A stretch of DNA of 64,000 bases, taken from Basidiobolus meristosporus CBS 931.73 (Eukaryota > Fungi > Basidiobolomycota). Location: contig MCFE01000209.1 in NCBI GenBank assembly GCA_002104905.1, forward strand, positions 62,001-126,000. Direction: 5' to 3'. The translations under genes were made by a program, and so were the position numbers. The notes beneath the pieces were generated by a model, which saw only the letters and a program-made list of their open reading frames with translations, had not been told where the DNA came from and searched no databases. This document shows positions 12,659 to 25,700 of this stretch, one piece after another (the first letter of the stretch is position 1; each line of letters starts with the position of its first letter).

Positions 12659-15600
12659 AGTCTCCCCTAACTTGGAGAAATAATGCCCTCATTATTAATT
12701 CTGACATAGAAATTCTTCAGTCTGTTACCAGGTTGTACCAGTGCAAGTGGTGTACCATCAAGTTCTGCTAATTTGTAAGATCCATTTTTATTTGCATGTA
12801 TGCTCTTGTAGGGACCCTGACATTACATATACAGTTTGGATGCCTTGTTTCTTTGGCTCTTGGTGTTGTGAAGTTGTATCAATTCCTCAACTTCTAGCAA
12901 TGTTTTTCTTAGGCATTTTTGAGCGTCAAAGTACTCCTTGCCAGCAATTATGGATTTCTTCAAGTTTTCTATTGCATTCTTTTGCAGAGTGTGTGCTTGT
13001 TGAATCTGTTGTACTCTGCTAGCAATAGCACTGATGCTGTCATGGTTGGTTTCCATTGGAGGGTAAGCCAATTCTCAAAAGATATGTCTATTGGCAAAAC
13101 AGCTTCATGCCCATATATAAAAAAAACGGTGTATACCCTATACTTCTTTTAACTGCAACTCTATCAGCCCAGATTGCTGCCTGAAAGTTATTTGCCCACT
13201 TGTTGGGTTCTTCATAGCTAAGCCTTGCTAATGTGTTTGCAAATGCAGAATGTCCACATTCAACTGGTGAATTTGCTTGTGGGTGGTATGGCAAAGTATG
13301 TATAAGCTTGGTTCCATGCTTCATCACTAGTTTTTGTATTTTGTAAGATCCACATTCTCTGTTGTCAGCAATAAGGGTACCAACTGAACCATGTCTGAGA
13401 TATACATCTTCTTTAGGAAATCTTGCTACTGCTTTTACATTGGCTTGTTTCAGCATTCTAGCCTCTATTCAACCAGTAAAGTTATCACAACAGTCCACTA
13501 CATACTTATACCCTGCTGTTGCCCTTGGTAAATGTATAATATCTACATGTGCAAATTGCCAAGCATAAGATGTATAGATACTGTGAAGTGGTTCATGCAT
13601 CTTTTGGTTGTCTCTTCTTTGACATGGAATACATGATTTCACATATTCTCTTGTGTTGGTGTATAGCATTGGCCAAAAATACCGTAAGGAGATTTTTGCA
13701 TATGTTGATGTAAGTCCCTTATGACCTCCTGATTCTGATTCATGCAATTCTTGAATGATCTTCTCTTGATCATGCTTGTTATGAATATACCATTGAGGAA
13801 CTCCGTATTTGTTTTTTCTGAAAAGTGTGCCGTTGTGGTGGTGTAGAGGTACTCCTGGGAGAAGCTACACAACTCAAGTTGTGTGAGGTGTCTGATGGGT
13901 GCAATAACCTCTGTGTCTAAACTGCTGGTGCCTTTACCAATATGTCATTATGGCAAAAGCTCCTGCTTCTCTAGCTTCCTAGGTGCTCCAAGTGTCTCCA
14001 AAGGCCTCTGTGTGTCTTGTGTACTACCCTGAAAAGCTCCTTGATGGCAGGTCTGAGATGCACTGTTGAAGGCAGGTGCAGTGATCCATTGCTAATCAAT
14101 AAGGTAGAAGTGTTACTGATAGAAGGGATGATTCATTGATGAGGGATTGCTTTCCCTTAAATACTTTTCCTGATTGCCAAGTGATTACTAATGACAAGGT
14201 TCTAGAAGATTCAAGGTATCAGTGGAATTCTTAATGACATCACTATGAGCTAAAAATATACCAAGAATGTCCTGGAAGGTTCTTAAAGGCACAGCACATT
14301 CAACCAATCAGGAATCAGTAGTCTGAAACCTGTGCAACATAGAAATACCATATATGGTATTGAAATAGTAGGGATGGTAACACAGACCTAGTTCATGTGT
14401 CACAGGTACTGACGTGTGTACTTGCCTTATGTAGATACATATACTGATCACAAAGCTGAATAACATCTGGGATAACTAATGCTAATAACTAATCAGAGTA
14501 AACATCATATGGGGATAATACTGATAATATGGGCAAAAGAAGAATGGGATAATACTGATAAGATAAAATATGGATAAGTATATCATCATAACTATATTAA
14601 TAAACTTGTCTGTGGGAGGTATGTTTACCCTACCACACCATCATGCAGTATAAACTTCAAAGCCTTCTTTTTAAAATTTGTGCATTGATTTGCAGGAATA
14701 TCAGCAGGAACTTTGAGTGATATAAGAAATACCTTAGTTTGCTGATAATTACTTTGTATTGTATGTATGAATGAGGATCCAAGACTTGTGTTTTTAAGAA
14801 ACTCATCAATCTCATCATCATCAGTTGAGTACGGTGAATTTGGTTGCTTTCTAGATAAGTCATCAGGTTCTTTGTGATTGGCCCCTGGTATGTGTTGCAT
14901 CATAAAGTCAAAGATCTTGATATTTGATATCCACCCTGCTAGAATAGGATCAGGAAAAGCTCCAACTTATTTAAAATTCCTAATAATGGCTTGGCATCAA
15001 CCTCCAGCCTGAAGTATACTCCTAATAAGTATGGCTTTAGCTTTTTGAGTACATAGAGTGCTCCCAGTGCTTCTTTCCTGATAGATGGATAGTTAAGCTC
15101 ATTTCCTTTGAATAGTCTACTAAGATATTTGCAAGGTTGTCAAAGATGATCTTCTGAAACTTGAATCATGATTCCACCAACCCCAATTTCAGAGCTATCA
15201 ACTGATACAATGGTTGGTTGTGAATCAATAACACTGTTGTCTATAGCTGCTAAGACAGGTGGCTTTGATAATGACTCAAGCAATGTCAACATAGCATTTG
15301 CCTGTTTGTCATGCCATTCAAATTTCTGGTTTTTCTGTAATAGCTGAGTCATTGGCTTAGTAATTTGTGCATAGTTCTTGATCCAGAGTCTGAATACACC
15401 AGTAAGTCCCAATAGCTGTCTGAGTTAATGAATATTGCTTGGTGTCTTCCAACTTAGTGCCAATGAAAGTTTTGCAGGATCAGGCAATCTCCCTTTTTCA
15501 GTAACAAGTTCACCTAAAATGATTGCCTTGTAGCCAAATTTGCATTAGGCTCCATTTACAGTCAGTCCAGAAGCTTGAAGTTTCTTCATGACCCTTTCAA

Positions 15601-16266
15601 CAGTGCATATGTGATCATAAACATATCTTATTACTTGAGGTAAGATATGTGATGTGTCTTTTTCTCTGGACTTATTCTTAACTGCAATGTCATCAAGAAA
15701 TGGTTGGCATATTTCAGGGAAACAGTCATACAAAACTCAAATCATTGCACATTGATAATTTTGGACAGAGTTAGTCCATCCTTGAGGAATTCTTTTATCC
15801 TTATGAGTCCTATTGGTGTATCCATAGTGATGAAATCTCTTAAGTCAGAATCCAGAAGTATTTGGTCATATCCTGAATAAAGATCCATGTTGTAATCAGC
15901 AGATATCTAGTAAATAACTCATTATACTCATGTTGTATTGGTGGTTGCATAGCATCTTTGATTGTGACCTTATTCAAATGCTGTACATCTTGAATAAACC
16001 ATAGACTTCCATTTTTCTTCAATGGTGTAAACAAGGGATTACGATAAGGTCCATAGCTATATTCAATGACTCCACTTTGAAATCTTGATTGTAGCATTTC
16101 AGTTACTTTGTTCAGTAATCTTGAGGGAATAGAATATGATCTCAGTGCCCATGGTGTATATTCAACAGTATGGATCTTAACAGTGGAAATAGCTCTGTGG
16201 ATAAACATCCTCTTTGTGCATCATTGAATGCAAAGTCATTGTCATAGCATTGTAGCATAGTTGAAA
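12659..16266 (-). mobile_element. Gypsy family A pol pseudogene (RT, RNase H, integrase)
   Basis: Minus-strand ORFs: IHTVEYTPW...YGPYRNPLF..KKNGSLWFIQD, FLDDI, FRLWIKNYAQITKPMTQLL, VSVDSSEIGVGG, HESESGGHKG...LRYFWP, YHPQANSPVECGH. Many stops and frameshifts. Confidence 0.9.
13834..14637 (+). mobile_element. Solo LTR, family E (804 bp), inserted in family A pol
   Basis: TGTGGT...ACCACA ends. 4-bp TSD CCGT/CCAT. Removing it joins KFILHDG to TLFRKNKYGVP. AATAAA at ~14599 suggests plus orientation. Confidence 0.8.
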
Positions 16267-19200
16267 TGTTGTTAAAGTTTGTATTTCCACCTAAATAATC
16301 CACTAGCTTAGTCACTTACATCATCACCTTCAAATCCCAGAGAATACTGACCAAAATTCCTTGTTGGGATTTACTTAGAATATTTTCACCAAAATACCAG
16401 GTACCTAGAACATGAGAATTCTCAAAGTTGTCCAAACATCCCCAAACTTTGCACACATGCTCTTGGGACCTTTGTTAATCTATTCTGCGAGTCTGTAATG
16501 CCAAGACCATGTATAAGTATAAATACTACTTTTATATTCAATAAATCATTAAGTGAAAACCACATAATCTACTTGTTCTCCCAAACACTTCCAATATCTC
16601 CAAGACTCTTACAACAGGTTATGAGCCCCAAACTGTCACTCACTGCAATGTCTACTACTGCTATTACTGGAAATTTTCCCTCTGCTAAAAAGTTGGATGG
16701 ATCTAACTACCAAGTGCAGATGGTGAAGATGAGGATGCTGCTCCAAGAAAGAGGCCTTTGGGATATTGTCATGGGAGAAGAATGCCCTCCTAAAAGTGTG
16801 GGAGAGGAAGCCTTAAAGTACCAGAAGAAAGAACAAAGTGCCTTTAACTGCATATGCCTTAATTTTAAGGACATATTGCTAATTCAATCCTCAAAAGCAA
16901 AAACAGCAAAGAATGCCTGGAAGGCATTAGAAGATATCTACCAGTCATGTTCAGCTGCTAAGAAAATGTATCTGAGATGAAAATTCTGCACTACAAAGAT
17001 GCTGCCAGCAGAAGAAATGAAAAATCTAATTAACAGAATTACCCGGTTGGTAGATGAGATGGAATCTGTGGGTGTACCAACTACAGATGAGGATATGATA
17101 GTTACCATCCTGAATAGCCTGACAGAGAAGTTTCAGGTCCGTGTATCAGCCCTAGAGTCCAGAACTGAAGATTTGACCTTAAACTACGTATATGGAAGGC
17201 TCCTGGATGAACAATTAAGAAAATCAACACCAATATGAAAGACAAAGAAAATGTTTTAATAAGCAATAACAACCAACAAAGAAGGTACCCAAGACCCTAC
17301 AAAGGCAGCAGCAACCTGTTATGCGACTATTGCAAAAGGAAAGGACACACATCACACCGGTGCTTCAAAAAGAAAGATAGTCAGCAGAAAAAGCCTGATT
17401 ATGGAAATACCGCAACAACTGAAGATAGACTATTCATACCTGCACTAACTATAACCACAAACAAGAATTCTCAGATGTGATGAATTGACTCTGGAGCATT
17501 TCAACACCTTACGCACCAAAAAGAACTTTTTACCCAATATCATGAAATTACAATTAGGAAGGTTTTTATGGGTGACAATAGAACACTTGATGCAGTGGGA
17601 GAAGGAACTATCCAAGTGAGCCCAAGAAGCTGTGAAGGAAGACATACAATGATATTTAAAGAAGTACTCTCTGTACCAGAAATAGCCAAGAACCTACTAT
17701 CTGTAAGCAAGGCCACTGCAGAAGAACTCAGTTTCAGCTTTGACAATTCAGGATGCAAGATCACTGATCAAAATGGTTCCCATATTGCTTTGGGTATCAG
17801 AGATCAGAGTCTATACAAGTTGACTTATATTCTGTCATATTTGGAAGCCAATATAAGTAGTTTAAATGAAGAAGCACCAATGCTTTGGCACAGGAGATTT
17901 AGGCACATCAATTTTGATTATTTGCGCAAAATGACCAAAGATCAGCTAATTTCTGGAGTGAAAATTGATCCCCCAGCTAATTTTGAGCACTGTGAAGCCT
18001 GCATACATGAGAAACAAGCCAGACATCCGTTCAAGAGCTCTGGGTTAATAAAAACTAAGAAAAAATTAGATCTAATTTACTCAGATCTGTGTGGACCTAT
18101 GCAAAATTTATCCTTAGGTGGGATGAAGTCTTTAATCACTGTGATTGATTAAATACTGGTAAAAAAATCAAGAAAATATGCTCTGACGATGGTGGAGAAT
18201 ATACCTCAAATTCTTCATCCACACCTGCAAGATTCATGGGATAAAGCAAGAGACTACTGTACCATACTCCCCACAGCAAAATGGAGTAGCAGAATGTGCA
18301 AACCAATCAATAATCAATATGGCAAGATCTATGATCCATAATCAAAAATTATCCTATGATTTCTGGGAGGAATCCGCCGCCACTGATGTGTACCTTAAAA
18401 ATAGGAGTTATAGCGGAATACTTTGTAATTATACTCCTTCTGAAGCATGGTATGGATACAGATGGAGTGCAGAACATCTAACAATATTTGGGTGTACAGC
18501 ATATGCCAAGAAACTGCCCGGAAATCAGTCAAAATTTGAGCCAAAAAGTGTTAAATGCATATTTTTGGGCTACTGCAATCAGAGTAAAATATACAGACTC
18601 TACAACACCAAAGCAAAGAAGCTAATCAAGTCCAGGGATGTGTTGTTTGATGAGAATTCAAGATTTTCACAAAAAATGACATCAGATGAAGACAAAAATC
18701 TGATCTCAAATCCACCAATTGCCAGGATTGAATCAGAGCAAAACAATGAAAGTTTTTTCACTCCAGAGGACTCTACAACCGTGGTTTAGCCAGAATCAGT
18801 GCCCAGGAATATCCCAGAAGTGATCATTCCAGTATCAAATGCCTGGAGATACAATTGGACAAGAAATAGCCCAAATTACTATATCAATGAGGGTACAAAT
18901 TTAACCTATGCCTATTCAGTCCATATTGATGAACCCCAGACTGTAAAAGAGGCCCTAAATAGCCCTCAGACAAAGCTTTGGAAATCTGCAATGACTAAGG
19001 AATATCAGGCCCTGATGGAAAGTCAAACTTGTGACTTGGTCAAATTACCAATCAACCAAAAATCAATTGGATGCTGATGGGTCTTTAAGACAAAATACAT
19101 GGCTGATGGTACAATTGAGAGATACAAAGCAAGACTTGTAGCCAAAGGATACTCTCAAACAAAAGGACTTGACTATACTAAGACCTTTGCACAGGTAGCC

Positions 19201-20873
19201 AAGTTTAATTGCATCAGATTAATATTGGCTATTGCAGCCAAATATAAGTTTTTTATTCATCAAATGGATGTAAAAACTGCAGTTTTGAATGAAGAACTTG
19301 AGGATGTGTATATGGACCAGCCTGATGGGTTTGTTGACCAAGATAGCCCCCATTTGGTTGGCAAGCTTAAAAAGTCACTATATGGTCTCAAACAATCACC
19401 AAGAGCCTGGAATTGCAGGATAGATTCTTACTTGGAATCTTTGAGTTTCAAAAGGAGTAATGCTGACTATAGTATATACTATAAGCCAGATAGAGCAAGT
19501 CCAGTTCTATTAGCTCTATATGTGGATGATCTTATTATAGCTGCCAATAATTTAGAGACATTGGAAGAGACTAAATCCAGCCTATCTAAGGAGTTCAAGA
19601 TGTCCAACCTTAGAGAACTTTATTACCACTTAAGGATTAGGTTCTCCATACACAGAAGTACCCAGATTATCTCCCTAAGCCAATCCAAATATATCCAAGA
19701 TATACTAAAGAAGTACCAAATAGAAGACTGTAAACTGGCAGCTACCCCAATGGAGACAAACCTTAACTTGGTCAAAACTCAACAGCAAAACTCAACCAAG
19801 TCAAGTGAGCTTGGTGCCATCTGAAAGCCCTGACTTTCCTTATTAATCTAAGGTAAGCAGTCTGATGTATATCATGCTTGGAACACGTCCAGAAATCTTA
19901 TATTCAGTGGGGGTTGTCAGCCAACATAATCAGAACTATGGATCTGATCATATTGCAGCAGTTAAGTGGATTTGTAGATACCTAAAAGGAGCAGCTGATA
20001 TCTGCTTAAGATACACTTATAAGGATTCAGAACAGGATCTTGTGGGATACTCTGATGCTGATTGGGGATGAAATTTAGAAGACAGAAGATCCACCACAGG
20101 ATACACTGTTCTTTACTGTAAAGGAGCAATTTCATGGAACTCACAAAAGCAACCAACTGTAGCACTTTCCACCTCAGAGGCAGAGTATATGGCAGTCCGT
20201 AAAGCTACAAAAGAAACAATGTGGTTAAGAGAACTTTTTATAGATTTAGGCCTATGTCAAAATATGTCTATTACTTTATTTCAAGATAATCAAGGATATA
20301 TACAACTAGGTAGAAATCCAACTTTTCATGCTAGAACCAAGCACATAGATATTAGACATCATTTCATACGTGAAGCTATAGAGAATAACTTAGTTAGCTT
20401 AGCTTACTGTCTTACAGATGAAATGATTGCAGACATATTTACCAAACCATTAGCTGGAGACAAGTTTGAATATCTTAGGTCAAAATTAGGACTAGTCAGT
20501 GTGAACATTTAGCTGAGTGGGAGTGTTGTAAAGATTTGTATTTCCACCTAAATACTCACCCAACTTAGTCACTTAGATCATCACCTTCAAATCCTAGAAA
20601 ATACTGACCAAAATTGCTTGTCAGGATTGACTTGGAATATTTTCACCAAAACACCAAGTACCCAGAACATTAAAATTCTCAAAGTTGTCCAAACAGCCCC
20701 AAACTTTGCACACATGCTCTTGGGACCTTCCTCAACCTATTCTATGTGTTTGTAATGCCAAGACCAGGTAAAAGTATAAATACTACTTTTACATTCAATA
20801 AATCATTAAGTGATAACCACATAATCTACTTGTTCTCCCAATCACTTCCAATATCTCCAAGACTCTTACAACA
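16267..20873 (+). mobile_element. Full-length but defective Ty1/copia element (LTRs 16267-16616 and 20524-20873) inserted in family A pol
   Basis: PBS GGTTATGAGCCC at 16617. gag (LDGSNY, CDYCKRKGHTSHRC), GAG-pre-integrase, integrase (with a deletion), RVT_2 (YKARLVAKGYSQ, LYVDDL), RNase H, PPT. The LTRs differ by roughly 9% by eye. TSD is imperfect (TGAAA/ATAAA). Confidence 0.95.
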
Positions 20874-22766
20874 ATAAAGAGACCTTTCTCCTCCATGGTA
20901 AGAGTAGTCCCAATGGCTAACTCCATGAGCTTCTCTTCTGTGAGTCTGACTTTGTCATCTTTGTGCAAAGGCACCATTTGAGGATTGTTGTGGCCAGATG
21001 GTGAGATTCCAGTAGATACGGGCTTTGCTTTCAATGCAACTGGCTTATACTTGGTATTTGTCTTGCTTATTGTCAAGGGAATGCAGTGTTCATCATAAAA
21101 CAAAATATCCTCATGAACCTGAATATTTTGTAATGGAATTGAGCCTGCATTTCTTGGATTGTTCTCTTCTGCTGCACAAAAGGTTGCCCTTTGTTTTTGA
21201 TTGTCAGAAGTGATTGTCAGCCATAAGCTTCCATCAGGTCTGTTATCAGCTTGTAGAAGAGATTTTCTCTTATAAGGTTGTCCTAACAATACCTCAAAAG
21301 TGGGTCCATTGGCAACAATAAAAAAGAAAGAAGTAACCCTAATTCCTCCAATTTTGATTGGTAAAGAGTAACCAAGTCCAAGCATCTTCTCTGTTGCACC
21401 TGTAGCAGTTCTCATATTCCAGTCAACTTCTGTCAATGGTAATTTGATTTTTTCAAAAGTCATAGCAGCAATAGCATTGATTTCTGATCCAGAATCAAAA
21501 ACACAGTCCACTTCAACATTGTTGATTGTAGCAGCATAGCTTCCTGTTGTGATAGAGTAAAAGGCTTTTTCCACTTCAAATTGTAGTTGTTCACTTGACA
21601 ACATTGTTGACAACTGTTCTTGATAATTCTTCAGGGTATTTTTGTTCATAGGCTTAACTATCTCTGGTAGTAGTTGACTGGGATTGGTGATAGTGGTGAA
21701 CATTTCTTGATTTGTAAGTTGTGGAAATGGAGATTTCCAGAATTTGTTGATAACTTTCTGTGTAATTGCAGCAGTGTCACACTTAGATTGAGATTGCAAG
21801 TGTTCATTTTGGATTTTGATGTGTCTGGCTGTACCAATATTTCAGCAACTGGCTGATTTCTCTTGTTGGTACACACCTTTTGAGGACTGCTCTCCATAGA
21901 GACAAATTTTCTCTTATCAAAAAGGTAATTAAATTCTTCAACTTCCTCTTTTTCTGTTATATATTCTTGGACCTACCCTTATGGGTCTGATATTGTGAGT
22001 ATATAATGTTCATTGCTTGGAATTTTTGCAGTCTTTAGGATTTGAATAAAATTTGATGTTGTGGGGCTTTTACTTGATTCTTCTTGAGCAAATATATAGG
22101 ACCGCATTCCACTGTAACCTCTGTTGATAGGCAACGGGTTTCTAGCAATATCACATATCTTCCCATAACAATCAATCATGACTTTATAACTGTCAATATC
22201 AATATTCAATATTTGACAACCATAACAGCTATGTTCAGCAGATTCACAGCACACACAATACTTGGTTTGCTGTGGATAGTTACTGGTTGTTTTGGGATTT
22301 TCTGGTCTTGCCTTGTTGATGCTTGATGATGGTACACTTTGAGAGTCCAACTTGAGCATGAGTTTTCCAAAAGCATCAATTAATTCATTGACCCAATCAT
22401 TTTGTGGGTTATTTGTACAATGAAGAATTTGTTTAGCTAGAGTGGATATCCTCATTTGAGTATTAATGGAATCCATGACTTGTCTCCCTGATTGATAGTT
22501 GAACATCATTTGTTTAACATTGTTGTAGGAGCTTGTAGCAAGAACTTGGTGGCTAATGGCATTATGTATCTCAGGAGGCATATCCATCAGAAATTTGTTT
22601 CTTTGATAAAATCTTGGAATTCCAAAAGCTGCTTCAACATGCCTTGCTTTTGACTAGATCCTGAGGCCTTTTGATTTATAGGCTTTGGCAAAATATTACA
22701 TTTACTCCCTCCCAAGCTGGGATAGGTTTTTTGGTGGGCTTTATCTTTACGCACTGTTGTTGTGCT
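20874..22766 (-). mobile_element. Gypsy family A gag C-terminus and protease
   Basis: ORF 21979-22587 has a CVCCESAEHSCYGC knuckle. ORF 20795-21799 has VFDSGSEINAI and FEVLLGQPY. It continues into MLQCYDNDFAF on the far side of the copia insertion. Confidence 0.85.
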
Positions 22767-25700
22767 TGTTAAGATCTGCCGCTTGAATGTTTAAGTTAGA
22801 TCAGTTTTTAGCCAAATCAATCAGTATATGTTTAGGTTATCAGTATATCAGTATTATCTATGAAATCAGTAGCATTAGTCAGCAAATGAATCAGCAGCTC
22901 CTTAGCAGACAGAAATAGATATATTAAGTAGGATCTTATTGGGTGAGGATGATGCAATCAAATGAGTCATCAGCCACAACCTACATTAGGAAAAACAATT
23001 AGTCAGCAATTGATCTGGCAAAATGTATATAAGGAGCTGCTGGAACCTCAATAAAAATCAGTTCAAGTTTTAGTGAATACAATACTAGCTAAACTCCCTA
23101 TTCCTCTACAACTCTTATACCAAGACTTGTAACATTGGTAGCAGCAATAACCAGAAACCTCCCTTTTGAAGAAAGAAGAAACCACCCTCAAAATGTCGGA
23201 CAATCAAGAATGGAAGAATGCCATGCAGCAAATCCTGGCCCAATAGCAACAGTTACTCCAGATCCTCAGCCAACAGCAACAAGGAATGTCTACCATGGCT
23301 CAGAGCCAGCAAAGCCCTGTCAAGAGCAACTTCAGTGTGAAGGTCAACTGGTAACATGGCAGAGTCAATGAAAACCTGGGAACTTGACTCTTTCAGATTG
23401 AAGAAGCTTTTAACGCTAAAAGAATTGCTCCAGAGAGCAAGTTGCATTATGCAGCTTCTTACCTGGCAGATGCAGCTTTACAGTGGCACCACAACAAGAT
23501 CAGGTCAGCCACTATGATGGGATGCTCTATAATCCCTACCTGGGATGAGTTTGTGTTGGAAATTCAGGATGCTTTTGAACCTCCACACCAGCAGACACTA
23601 CTAAGAAGGAAGTTAAAGACACTCAGATAGAAAGGAATGGTTCAAGAATACATCTACAAGTACAGATGTCTACTTGGACAAGCTGAAAGAATGGACCTTG
23701 GATCAAGTAGAATACTTTATTGATAGGTTGAAAGAAAGAACTTGCAAGGAAGTGAATTATTGAAGACCTCAGACTATTGAAGAAGCCTTCAAGATTGCCA
23801 TTGACTATGACTCAGCTATGTTTGGAGTTGGGAAGCCTACAGTGACTAATCAGAAAGGCTACAATCATTATGGAAGAAGACAGTCAGAAGCAGTACCAAT
23901 GGATATAGATGCTATGCAGAAGAATCCTGCCTTGGAAGAATGTAAGAAGAAAGGACTTTGCTTCAATTGCCACCAGCAAGGACATATTGCAAAGTACTGC
24001 CCTCAGAGAAGAAATGGACACCAGCCATCAAGAACCTTTAACCGTATTGAGGCCATGGAGCATAGTAACATGGAGGATGAACTTGAAGAAGACTCAGAGC
24101 TCACCTTCCACATGACAAAAAAATACCTATCACAGATGACCTCAAACTCAGGAAAGCTATTGTACTTGAATGGAGTAATCAATGGAGTACCTGCCAAGAT
24201 CATGATTGACTCAGGAGCATTGCATGAGTACATGTCAGAGCAACTTGCTTTGAAAGCTGGAATCAACTTGGAACCTACCAAATCAACTTCAGTCTCCACA
24301 GCTGATGGGAACTCCCACATAATCAACCGTATTACCCAGCCAGTAAGAATGAAGATCAATGACTATGAAGAAGACCTACAGGCTTATATATTTGGGAACT
24401 GCAAGTTTGACCTTGTACTTGGAAAAACCTGGCTATTTTGTCGTAATCCATCAATCAACTGGAGAACCCATGCTACTCAGATCCAAAAAGACAACAAGAC
24501 CTTTGAGCTATTACCTGCCAGGCTGGATTTTAACTTAGTCAAATCCAGTATGTGTGAGACAAGTGAACTTAGTAAGACCCAGTTCTGTAGAGCACTTAGA
24601 AAAGGTACACAGTTGTTCCTCATGGCGGTATTACAGGGGGATTCCTCTACCCCAGCACCCCAGCAGGTCCAGACTCTCTTGAAGAAGTATTCAGCCGTGT
24701 TTCCAGATGAGCTTGTAAGCCTACCACCAGTCAGAGATGTGGACCATGCCATTGACACAGGAGATAGCCCTCCAGTAAGCAAGACACCTTACAGAATGAG
24801 TCCATTGGAATTGGAGGAAATGAAGAGACAAATTGATCAGCTATTGGAGTGTTACAAGTCTTGGTATAAGAGTTGTAGAGGAATAGGGAGTTTAGCTAGT
24901 ATTGTATTCACTAAAACTTGAACTGATTTTTATTGAGGTTCCAGCAGCTCCTTATATACATTTTGCCAGATCAATTGCTGACTAGTTGTATTTCCTAATG
25001 TAGGTTGTGGCTGATGACTCATTTAATTGCATCATCCTCACCCAATAAGATCCTACTTAATATATCTATTTCTGTCTGATAAGGATCTGCTGATTCATTT
25101 GCTGACTAATGCTACTGATTTCATAGATAATACTGATATACTGATAACCTAAACATATACTAATTGATTTGACTAAAAACTGATCTAACTTAAACATTCA
25201 AGCGGCAGATCATAACATTCTCCCCTACTAAAGTTGAGAGGGTTCTCCTGAATATCTTTTCTTGTGATACCAATATCTTGATGGTTCAGTATTATCAGCA
25301 AGTCTTGCAAGCTTGAGTCTGTCCCTATGCACTAAGTCTTCCTGGATATTGCCTTGTTTGTCCACCAGTTGGTAAGTTGCAAATGGACATTCTCTGATGA
25401 TCCTGAATGGTCCTGTCCATTGGGGCTCAAACTTCTTCCAAGTGTTGTTTCTTAGCAATACAAAGTTCCCAACTGTCAATGCTTCTGGTGCTGTAGTCTT
25501 ATCAAATCTCTGCTTCATCTTTTCTGCACTTTGAGATACTTTGGTCTGTGCCTCTTGATGTCTTTGTTCCAGTTGCTGGTGTCTACTTGGCTGACTGAGT
25601 TCATCTTCTAAGGTGTCTGTATGTTTTGATTGTGTGAGATCTCCTGGAATCCTTGGTTCACATTCATAAACTAAGTAAAATGGTGATTACTGGGTGGTGT

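Noticed and set aside
16498-16616. Open frame MPRP...RLLQ in every copia LTR, fused to gag
   Set aside because: Its ATG lies upstream of the LTR TATA box (GTATAAATA), so it is probably not transcribed. It is GTG in the 54467 LTR, and a 39-codon open frame in close copies is unremarkable.
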